Program-made: the position numbers and the translations under genes
Shown: positions 16,469 through 24,213 of the stretch, in pieces
Numbering within the stretch: position 1 is the stretch's first letter
How the letters are laid out: each line of letters starts with the position of its first letter
Notes under the pieces: model-generated
Database searches by the model: none
Seen by the model: the letters and a program-made list of their open reading frames with translations, nothing else
What the model was told of the DNA's origin: nothing
NCBI GenBank assembly: GCA_964642465.1
Contig: CAZXRD010000004.1
Coordinates: 1 to 37,893, forward strand
Direction: 5' to 3'
Source of the DNA: an uncultured Oscillospiraceae bacterium
GTDB taxonomy: Bacteria; Bacillota; Clostridia; Oscillospirales; Oscillospiraceae
DNA length: 37,893 nt

Positions 16469-16758
16469 TGCCGCAATTGGCTGTAGTGGCAGCCCTGATT
16501 TCCGCATTTACCGGTGCGCTATTTCTTGTCATCCGGCAAAAGGGGAGGTCTCTTATGATGGGCCTGCTTGGAGGCGTAAGCTTTTTTATCGTATCCATGT
16601 TCATTGGCATGGCAATCGACAATAGCTCCATGTTTGGAGAGTCTACCTGGACTTTGCTGGCAGCGGAAGTAGGGGGCGGGTGTTTAGCGGGACTGGTGCG
16701 TCTTGCAGCTGGCAGCCGCCGGACAGGAAAACGCCGCAAGTCCGGACGTCGCTTATGA
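16465..16758 (+). CDS. Membrane protein (97 aa, about 3 TM helices), or the C-terminal part of the same TIGR04086/YrzE-like gene
   Basis: Hydrophobic segments PQLAVVAALISAFTGALFLVI, MMGLLGGVSFFIVSMFIGMAI and TWTLLAAEVGGGCLAGLV, then a basic tail. The position after yajC matches Firmicute synteny. Confidence 0.55.
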   Translation: MMPQLAVVAALISAFTGALFLVIRQKGRSLMMGLLGGVSFFIVSMFIGMAIDNSSMFGESTWTLLAAEVGGGCLAGLVRLAAGSRRTGKRRKSGRRL

Positions 16759-16913
16759 AGCAATACAGAGCGTAATATAGAAAATGTAGCATTAACTAGA
16801 TGTAATCAAGCGAAGAGCGGTTGACATAAGTTAAAATCGATGCCATGGAAACTAAATCTAGTGAATAATGCGCTCTTTAGATCTAGATATGGGACCGATC
16901 ATGGAAATAATGG

Positions 16914-16960
16914 CTTGGGCGGTTATGGTTGACTGGGGCGACAGCGGCCCAAGAGTTTTT
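16914..16960 (+). terminator. Possible terminator or structured 3' element
   Basis: Stem CTTGGGC/GCCCAAG (16914-16920 / 16947-16953) with a large, partly paired loop, followed by AGTTTTT. Confidence 0.3.
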
Positions 16961-17164
16961 AATTAACATAATAAAATTTACATAATATTTAAGCATAATT
17001 CACAAAAAATGAAGAATTCCAATTTTTCTCTTGATTATTGTAAACCGATGTATTAAACTATGTTTTACAACCCCAGAGTCACGGCAGGAAAATCTTTGTC
17101 TGATACGTATTTTTTTCCGGCTTGTCCCATAAAGTGGTTTGGGGGGTGAGCTTGTGAAAAACTT

Positions 17165-17764
17165 TTGTTTGAAGAAGATGCCTACCGGAAACGTGCGACC
17201 TTCGTAGGATTTATGATCTGCGGCGCCTTGTTTTTATGCGGTGCCTTATTGGGGGCCTATGGGGCCCGGTTTGCAGATCAGGCCCTTTCAGACTATTTGG
17301 AAGGCTGGCTTTCGATTCTAAAAGGCGGGGAGCTTTCCTTCCCGAGTTTTTGGCAAGTCCTTTGGAATACGGTAAAGTATCCGCTGCTGGTTGTGTTTTT
17401 TAGTTTTTCCCTGGTGGGTGTGGTTGCCATCCCGGTTGTCTCCGCTGTGCGTGGTTTTTTGCTCAGTTTTTCCGCCATTGTGATGATCAATACATACGGT
17501 TCCGGGGCCTGGGGATTGGTGCTTTCCGTTTTGGGGTTGGGTTCCCTGTTTTCTATACCTTGTTTGTTTTTGTTGTCCGCTCAAAGTTTTGGTGCTGCTT
17601 TGTCTTTGCTGCAAATGGTGGCTGGGACCCAAAAGCGGGGGATTTTAGGAATATGTAACCGCAGATGGGCGTTTGGTTTGTTGCTTGTGTGCGGCGTCTT
17701 GCTGCTATCAGCAGTGGTGGAGACGTTTTTGCTGCCAAAACTCATCGGCAGTATGCCGTTATAA
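17165..17764 (+). CDS. spoIIM: Stage II sporulation protein M
   Basis: Five TM segments, collinear with my recollection of B. subtilis SpoIIM (..VKYPLLVVFF.., ..VETFLLPKLI). TTG start with GGGGGGTGAG upstream. Adjacent to xerD, as in Bacillus. Confidence 0.7.
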   Translation: MFEEDAYRKRATFVGFMICGALFLCGALLGAYGARFADQALSDYLEGWLSILKGGELSFPSFWQVLWNTVKYPLLVVFFSFSLVGVVAIPVVSAVRGFLLSFSAIVMINTYGSGAWGLVLSVLGLGSLFSIPCLFLLSAQSFGAALSLLQMVAGTQKRGILGICNRRWAFGLLLVCGVLLLSAVVETFLLPKLIGSMPL

Positions 17765-17786
17765 CAGTCAAGATTGAGGGTTAGGT

Positions 17787-18677
17787 ATGAAAAATGGGGA
17801 ATTCCTGCAGGAGTTCGGCAAGTACCTGCAAGAGGAAAAGCATGTGTCTAAAAATACATATAGCTCTTATATGCGGGATGTGACCCAGCTGGAAGCCTAT
17901 TTAGAGGCATATGGTCCGGCGGAGTTTGTTGAGGTGCAGGAAGCAGACATGGACCGCTATACCGACTGGATGCGGACAAATGGCAAGTCGCCTGCCACGA
18001 TTTCTCGGGGGCTGGCTTCAATCAAATGCTTTTATGGGCACCTGGTTATGCAGGGGTATATGCAGGAAAACCCGGCAATTCATGTGAAATTGGACAAGGC
18101 GGTGCGCCGGTTGCCGGAAATCCTCACAAGTGAAGAAGTAGAACGGCTCTTGGAGCAGCCGGATTGCCGGGACATGAAAGGCTATCGGGATAAAGCCATG
18201 CTGGAGCTGCTCTATGCAACGGGGATCCGGGTCAGCGAGCTGATTGCTTTAGATGTGAGCGATTTGAATTTGGCGGCAGAGTTTATCCGCTGCCGCAGCC
18301 GGGATAAGGCGAGGATTATCCCCTTATATCCAGCGGCGGTAAAGGCTGTCTCGGATTACATGAACCTGGTGCGGCCGCACATGGTGGCCAGGCCGGATGA
18401 GACGGCGCTGTTTGTGAACATGAGCGGGGAGCGCATGTCCCGCCAAGGGTTCTGGAAACTGGTGAAATACTACCAGGCAAAGGCGGGCATCCAAAAGGAG
18501 ATTACCCCCCATACGCTGCGGCACTCCTTTGCAGCCCATCTTTTGGAGAACGGGGCCGACCTGCGTTCCATCCAGGAGATGCTGGGGCACGCCGACATCT
18601 CATCCACCCAGGTCTATACCCAAGTGGTGAAAAAACATCTGAAAGAGGTCTATAGCAAGGCTCATCCAAGGGCTTAA
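17787..18677 (+). CDS. xerD: Tyrosine recombinase XerD
   Basis: N-terminal SAM-like domain and a catalytic domain with ATGIRVSEL, HTLRHSFAAHLLENGADLRSIQEMLGHADISSTQVYTQV. Confidence 0.88.
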   Translation: MKNGEFLQEFGKYLQEEKHVSKNTYSSYMRDVTQLEAYLEAYGPAEFVEVQEADMDRYTDWMRTNGKSPATISRGLASIKCFYGHLVMQGYMQENPAIHVKLDKAVRRLPEILTSEEVERLLEQPDCRDMKGYRDKAMLELLYATGIRVSELIALDVSDLNLAAEFIRCRSRDKARIIPLYPAAVKAVSDYMNLVRPHMVARPDETALFVNMSGERMSRQGFWKLVKYYQAKAGIQKEITPHTLRHSFAAHLLENGADLRSIQEMLGHADISSTQVYTQVVKKHLKEVYSKAHPRA

Positions 18678-18709
18678 ACGGGGCGCAAAAGCAGCGTCCC
18701 GTTTTTTTA
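18678..18709 (+). terminator. Rho-independent terminator of xerD
   Basis: Stem ACGGGGCGC/GCGTCCCGT followed by TTTTTTT. Confidence 0.8.
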
Positions 18710-18730
18710 TGTAGAAGATAAATTTTTCTA

Positions 18731-18759
18731 TTGACAATCTGTGGAAGGCAATCTATAAT
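18731..18759 (+). promoter_or_regulatory. Consensus sigma-A promoter (TTGACA-17 bp-TATAAT) of the ABC exporter leader
   Basis: TTGACA at 18731-18736 and TATAAT at 18754-18759. Confidence 0.75.
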
Positions 18760-18882
18760 GGCCTTCGTTCTCCCTGGGCACCGCCTGCAAATCCTATATT
18801 TTTATATAACCTGTGGGGCGAAGGGGTATAAGAGCATAAAAATAAAATTGTATATTGGATCATCGGAGGACTGAACATCGCA

Positions 18883-18912
18883 ATGTTCGGCCAGGCAATT
18901 GTCCTGGTCTAA
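18883..18912 (+). other. Candidate 9-codon leader peptide (MFGQAIVLV)
   Basis: ATG at 18883 lies 12 nt after GGAGGA (18865-18870). The stop at 18910-18912 is 20 nt before the attenuator stem. Confidence 0.3.
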
Positions 18913-18931
18913 GTCGGAAAAGGTGACGAGT

Positions 18932-18976
18932 GCGCTCGGTTATTTTTTAGATAACCGGGTGCTTTTTTTGTTTTTT
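18932..18976 (+). terminator. Intrinsic terminator inside the 5' leader (attenuator)
   Basis: 12-bp stem GCGCTCGGTTAT/ATAACCGGGTGC, followed by TTTTTTTGTTTTTT. It ends 34 nt upstream of the exporter ATG. Confidence 0.8.
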
Positions 18977-19009
18977 GGTCTGTTGATAGCATAAAAAGGA
19001 GGATGATGT

Positions 19010-20745
19010 ATGCTAAAGTTAATTCATTTCCTAAAGCCATATCGAGGCCGAGCGATCCTTATGCTGATTTTGTTATTCCTGCAAGTTTTGGGGACGCTGT
19101 ATATCCCCACGTTGACCGCAGCCATTGTAAACAACGGCATTGTCAACGGGAATCTGAGCTATATCTGGAAGATCGGTGGCTTTATGTTGGCGGTGGCTGT
19201 GGCGGTAGCGGCTGTCTCTATTACAGAGACGTATTTGTCTACCTATGTTTTCTCTGCCATGGGTCGGGATATAAGAAACGCCCTGTTTGAAAAATCCCAG
19301 GCGCTTACCATTGACCAGTTCAACCGTTTCGGACCGGCCTCCATGATTACCCGCTGTACCAACGACGTGGTGCAGATTCAGCAAGCCTATATGGCCGGTA
19401 CAGAGATGCTGCTGCCTGCCCCGATTATGGCTATTGCAGGTCTGCTCTTGGCTTTTTCCAAGAGCCCCAGCCTAGCTATGACGATTGTGGGGGCCATGGC
19501 TATCGTAGGTGTTATTACTTTGGTGGTTGGCAAGCGGGCCATGCCGCTTTTCTCCAAGCTGCAGACGCTGCTAGATAAGATCAACCGTATCCTGCGGGAA
19601 AATTTAAATGGTATCCGGGTTATTCGGGCGTTCAACCGCTCTGCGTTTGAGCAGAAACGGGCCAATCAATCCTATGATGCCTATGCCCAGACGGCTATTC
19701 GGGTCAATAAGATCTTTGCGGTTTTAATGCCGCTAATCATGCTGGTTCTTAATTTAAGCACAGTGGTCATCATTGCAGTGGGCGGAAACGGCGTAGCGGC
19801 CGGCCGGATGCAGATCGGCGATATCATGGCCCTGATCGAGTATGCAGTTTTGATCCTGATGTACATGGTTATGGGGATTATGATCTTTATGATTTTCCCC
19901 CGGGCCCAGTCCTGCGCCAAGCGAGTCTTGGCCGTGCTGTCTGTACCAGAGACAGAGACGGAGGACTTGAGCCGGCGCACGCAGGGCCGGCAGCACAAAT
20001 ATACGGCCAAGCTGGAATTCCGCAATGTGACTTTCCAGTATCAAGGGGCGGAAGAGCCAGTGCTGAACAATGTCAGCTTTACAGCGGATACGGGGAAGAC
20101 GACAGCGATCATTGGCGGCACAGGCTCCGGTAAATCCACGATTGCCAGCCTAATTCCCCGGTTTTACGAGATCCAAAGCGGCACCATTCGCATAGACGGA
20201 CGAAATATTGTCCATATGCCGAAACAGGCCCTGCGGGCAAGATCGGGTTTGTGCCGCAAAAGGCTTTCCTGTTTAGCGGTACCATTTTAGATAACTTCCG
20301 CCATGGGAAGCAGGACGCCACGATGGAAGAAATCCGCCACGCTGCAGACATAGCCCAAATCGGCGATTTTATTGACAGCCTGGAGGATGGCTACAACACC
20401 CGGGTGGCCCAGGGTGGCGGCAACTTCTCCGGCGGCCAAAAACAGCGGCTGGCCATTGCCAGGGCCCTGGTGAAAAAGCCGGAGATCTATATCTTTGACG
20501 ACAGCTTTTCTGCCCTGGACTTCAAGACGGATGCCAAGCTGCGGGCTGCTCTAAAAGGCGAGGTGAAAAATGCGGCCGTAATCTTAGTGGCCCAACGGAT
20601 CAGCACAATTATGGATGCAGACCAGATTGTTGTGTTGGATGAGGGCCGGGTGGTCGGCATAGGCACACACAAGGACCTGATGCAGACCTGTGCGGTTTAC
20701 CAGCAAATCGCCCATTCTCAGTTGAGCGAGGAGGAATTGACATGA
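19010..20745 (+). pseudogene. ABC exporter permease/ATPase subunit (degenerate-site half, BmrC/LmrC-like), interrupted by a 1-nt frameshift near 20239
   Basis: Six-TM domain, Walker A GGTGSGKST, signature FSGGQKQR and Walker B IYIFDD. The frame switches between ...QALRA (frame of 19010) and KIGFVPQKAFLFSGT (frame of 20251). Confidence 0.8.
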
Positions 20746-22598
20746 GTATGGAAAAAGATACCCGTGAAACGATGACAAATACGTTTGACGACGGTATGGG
20801 CGCCGACCGTGCAAAAAACGCAAAGGGCACGGCGTTCCGACTGTTTAAAAAATTGCTAGAGCAGAAGACCAAACTGATTATCATTTTTGCCAGTGTAGTG
20901 GTTAGCTCTGTCTTTAATATTTTAGCCCCTTGGGTCATGGGGGAAGCTACAAACCAAATTGCCAAAGGGGTAGAGAACGCCGTAACACAGGGACAGCGTT
21001 TCCAAGTTAGCTGGAGCACAATGGGGGCCATCCTGCTGTGGCTTACCCTCCTGTATTTGTTGAGTGCATTGTTTTCCTATTTTCAGCAAAACACCATGGC
21101 CAGTGTGTCCCAGACCCTGACATATACGCTGCGCCAGGAGATCAGTGAAAAACTCAACCGCCTGCCCCTGCGGTACTTTGATCAGCATAAAAAGGGCGAA
21201 TTGTTGAGCCGGGCCACAAGTGACCTGGAAAAGGTCGCAGATACGCTGCAGGAAGGCCTGTCCCAGCTGCTCACGGCCTTTTGCAGTGTAGTGGGCGCTT
21301 TTATTATGATGTTGCTGATTAGTCCCATTTTGACGGCGATAGCGGCGGGGACGATTTTGGTCAGCCTTGTGGTGGCGGCCATTGTGTCCAAACGGACACA
21401 GAAGTACTTCTCCAAAAACCAGGAGGCGTTGGGCCGGTTAAACAGCAGCATTGAAGAATCCTACACCGGAAACATCGTCATTAAGGCGTTTAATTTGGAA
21501 CAGCAAACGGTGGAAAACACCAAGGGGCTGAATGAAAACTTGTTCCAGGCGGGCAAAAAGGCCATGTTTATGAACTATATGATCAGCCCTATTATTCGGC
21601 TGATCAGTCAGTTCGGCTATGTGGCCATTGCCATCCGGGGCGCCCTGTTCGTGATCCGGGGGACGATCTCCATCGGTGACATCCAGGCGTTTATTCAGTA
21701 TGTCAACCAGGTTTCCGAGCCGGTGACACAGATTTCCTATACAGTAAACAGCCTTCAGGGCGCCGTTGCTGCGGCAGAGCGGGTGTTCCAGCTGCTGGAC
21801 GAGGAGGAAGAGCGGCCGGATGACGCCAACCCGCTCACGATTCCAGAGCCAAAAGGGAAGGTGCGTTTTGAACATGTCCGCTTTGGCTATAGCGACGACA
21901 AGATTTTGATGCAGGATATCTCGTTTGCCGCAGAGGCGGGGACGAAGATTGCTGTGGTGGGTCCCACCGGGGCGGGGAAGACCACTTTGGTCAACATGCT
22001 CATGCGCTTTTATGAGCTGCAGGGTGGCCGGATTACCATCGACAGGGTGGACATTGCCCATATGTCCCGCAGCTACCTCCGTTCTCTGATGGGCATGGTG
22101 CTGCAAGATACCTGGCTGTTTGGCGGTACAATCCGAGAAAACATCGCATACAGCAAGGAAACAGCCACGGACGAGGAGGTCTTTGATGCGGCAAAAGCCG
22201 CCAGAGCGGATCACTTTATCCGCACTATGCCCCGGGGATACGATACCGTACTCAGTGATGAGATCGCCAGCCTGTCCCAGGGGCAACGGCAGCTGCTCAC
22301 CATCGCCCGGGCTATTTTAGCGGACCCGACGATTTTGATTTTAGACGAGGCAACCTCCAGTGTGGATACCCGTACGGAGCTGGAGATTCAGAAGGCCATG
22401 GATACGCTGATGCGGGGGCGTACCAGTTTTATCATAGCGCATAGGCTGTCCACCATCCGAGATGCCGACCATATCTTGGTTATGCAAAATGGCACAATCA
22501 TTGAACAAGGCAACCACCAGAGCCTGATGGAGCAGAACGGTTTTTATGCCGACCTGTACAACAGCCAGTTTGCCGCCAAGGTGGTGGACGAAGGGTGA
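20742..22598 (+). CDS. ABC exporter permease/ATPase subunit (consensus-site half, BmrD/LmrD-like)
   Basis: TM domain, Walker A GPTGAGKTT, signature LSQGQRQ and Walker B ILILDEATS. ATGA overlap with the upstream gene. Confidence 0.92.
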   Translation: MSMEKDTRETMTNTFDDGMGADRAKNAKGTAFRLFKKLLEQKTKLIIIFASVVVSSVFNILAPWVMGEATNQIAKGVENAVTQGQRFQVSWSTMGAILLWLTLLYLLSALFSYFQQNTMASVSQTLTYTLRQEISEKLNRLPLRYFDQHKKGELLSRATSDLEKVADTLQEGLSQLLTAFCSVVGAFIMMLLISPILTAIAAGTILVSLVVAAIVSKRTQKYFSKNQEALGRLNSSIEESYTGNIVIKAFNLEQQTVENTKGLNENLFQAGKKAMFMNYMISPIIRLISQFGYVAIAIRGALFVIRGTISIGDIQAFIQYVNQVSEPVTQISYTVNSLQGAVAAAERVFQLLDEEEERPDDANPLTIPEPKGKVRFEHVRFGYSDDKILMQDISFAAEAGTKIAVVGPTGAGKTTLVNMLMRFYELQGGRITIDRVDIAHMSRSYLRSLMGMVLQDTWLFGGTIRENIAYSKETATDEEVFDAAKAARADHFIRTMPRGYDTVLSDEIASLSQGQRQLLTIARAILADPTILILDEATSSVDTRTELEIQKAMDTLMRGRTSFIIAHRLSTIRDADHILVMQNGTIIEQGNHQSLMEQNGFYADLYNSQFAAKVVDEG

Positions 22599-22607
22599 CA
22601 TTCTAAA

Positions 22608-22660
22608 GACAACAAAGAGGCGCCTGCACGGCATTGCCGTGCAGGCGCCTCTTTGTTGTC
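22608..22660. terminator. Long perfect hairpin, bidirectional terminator between the exporter and ridA
   Basis: 25-bp perfect stem GACAACAAAGAGGCGCCTGCACGGC / GCCGTGCAGGCGCCTCTTTGTTGTC with a 3-nt loop. Confidence 0.8.
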
Positions 22661-22677
22661 AATACCATATCCCTGCG

Positions 22678-23055
22678 CTATTTCTGCGCAATGAGTTCCA
22701 TTTCAATTTTGGAGCCGCCGGGGAGAGCTGCAACTTGGACACAAGACCGGGCGGGGGGCTGGTCGGGGAAGAGCTCGCCGTAGAGCTTGTTCACGGCAGC
22801 AAAGTCGCCAAGGTCCGTCAGGAACACCGTGGTCTTGACCACGTTAGAAAAATCCATACCTGCTGCAGACAGGACAGCAGAAAGATTTTGGAATACCTGT
22901 TTAGCCTGGTCTTCAATGTTATCCGAAACCAATTTGCCGGTCTCCGGCACCAGGGCAATTTGGCCGGAAGTAAAAAGAGTGTCGCCCACCAGCACGGCGT
23001 GGGAATAAGGGCCGATAGCCGCAGGGGCATTGGCCGCTGTGATAATGGTTTTCAT
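22678..23055 (-). CDS. ridA: RidA family reactive-intermediate deaminase
   Basis: APAAIGPYSHAV...GQIALVPETG...KTTVFLTDLGDFAAVN...PARSCVQVAALP. The ATG at 23055 gives 125 aa. The ORF-track start at 23247 is too long. Confidence 0.88.
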   Translation of the reverse strand: MKTIITAANAPAAIGPYSHAVLVGDTLFTSGQIALVPETGKLVSDNIEDQAKQVFQNLSAVLSAAGMDFSNVVKTTVFLTDLGDFAAVNKLYGELFPDQPPARSCVQVAALPGGSKIEMELIAQK

Positions 23056-23181
23056 AATAATCATCCTTTGCAATCGGTTTTTCAGCATTATACAATGAAA
23101 TTCAAGCGGGTACAAGCAAAAGCACAAAATATGAAGGAACTGTAAAAAATAAATTCGGCTTGCAAAAACCCGGGAAGGTTG

Positions 23182-23210
23182 TTGAAATCTAATGGCTTTC
23201 ATTATATAAT
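23182..23210 (+). promoter_or_regulatory. Candidate cdaA promoter (TTGAAA-17 bp-TATAAT)
   Basis: TTGAAA at 23182-23187 and TATAAT at 23205-23210. Confidence 0.65.
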
Positions 23211-23322
23211 AAATCTGTATTGTTATGGTTATGTGGGGAGAAAACACCTAAGAACGACCCAAAATGCGAGAAAAGTGGCGTTTGAGGCAGATAACACGGG
23301 CCGAAATGGGGAAAATCGTAGT

Positions 23323-24213
23323 ATGAACGCAGTTATTGATACAATTCGAGAAGTGTTCCGGGAGATGGGGGAGTATATCCGCATCATCAAAATCTCCGAT
23401 ATCGTGGATATTTTGATTGTGGCGTTTTTGATATACAAACTTATGATGTTCCTGCGCCGCACCAACTCTGCCCGGGTTGCCAAGGGCATTATGCTCCTGG
23501 TGGTGTGTATGTGGCTGTCCGACTTGCTGAACTTAGAGGTCATTACTTTCCTGCTGAGCCGGACGATAGAAGTGGGGCTTCTTGCTTTAATTATTTTGTT
23601 TCAACCGGAATTGCGGCGTTTGCTGGAGCAAATGGGTAGCCGGAAGATTACCGGGGTGTTTAACAGACAGGCCTATGATAAAGAGATGGAAACCGCCATT
23701 GCCCAAACTGTGCTGGCCTGTCAGGACATGTCTGCTTCTAAAACCGGGGCGCTGATTATCTTTGAGCGAGAGATTAAGCTGGATGACCCCATTAAAACCG
23801 GCACAATCATCAATGCGGACACCACGGCGGAATTGCTGAAAAATATGTTCTTCAATAAAGCACCCCTGCATGATGGCGCAGTCATTATTCGGGACGGCAG
23901 GATTGCTGCTGCGGGATGTATGCTTCCGCTATCCTCCAACACCAATTTAAGCCGGGAACTGGGCATGCGGCATCGGGCGGGTATCGGCATGAGCGAACAG
24001 TCAGATGCAGTGGTGGCAATTGTTTCGGAGGAAACAGGGTCCATTTCCGTAGCTGTAGGGGGCGTGCTGAAGCGGCACCTTTCCCCAGATACCTTTGAAA
24101 AAATATTGCGGAAAGAACTCTTGCCAGAAGAGTCAGAAACGGCTACCGGCGTAAAAGCGGTGCTACGGAATACGTTCAAGGGGAAGAAAAATGATAAAAG
24201 ACGTCCTAAATAA
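23323..24213 (+). CDS. cdaA: Diadenylate cyclase CdaA
   Basis: Three N-terminal TM helices and a DAC domain with LHDGAVII, GMRHRAGIG and SEETGSISVA. Confidence 0.92.
   Translation: MNAVIDTIREVFREMGEYIRIIKISDIVDILIVAFLIYKLMMFLRRTNSARVAKGIMLLVVCMWLSDLLNLEVITFLLSRTIEVGLLALIILFQPELRRLLEQMGSRKITGVFNRQAYDKEMETAIAQTVLACQDMSASKTGALIIFEREIKLDDPIKTGTIINADTTAELLKNMFFNKAPLHDGAVIIRDGRIAAAGCMLPLSSNTNLSRELGMRHRAGIGMSEQSDAVVAIVSEETGSISVAVGGVLKRHLSPDTFEKILRKELLPEESETATGVKAVLRNTFKGKKNDKRRPK

Noticed and set aside
17787-18677. Tyrosine recombinase as a marker of an integrated mobile element
   Set aside because: Its sequence and its spoIIM-adjacent synteny fit the chromosomal XerD. There are no flanking phage, ICE or transposon genes and no direct repeats delimiting an island.
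18760-19009. T-box or ykkC/guanidine-type riboswitch in the exporter leader
   Set aside because: No T-box 14-mer (AGGGUGGNACCGCG-like), no specifier-loop architecture, and no ykkC conserved ACGR/GGGA blocks are recognisable. I left it as an unclassified attenuator.
19003-19290. 95-aa ORF overlapping the start of the ABC exporter gene
   Set aside because: It is in an alternative frame. The ATG at 19010 has ideal SD spacing and yields a canonical ABC transmembrane domain.
21438-22286. 282-aa minus-strand ORF
   Set aside because: It is antisense to the second ABC exporter gene and is a shadow ORF.
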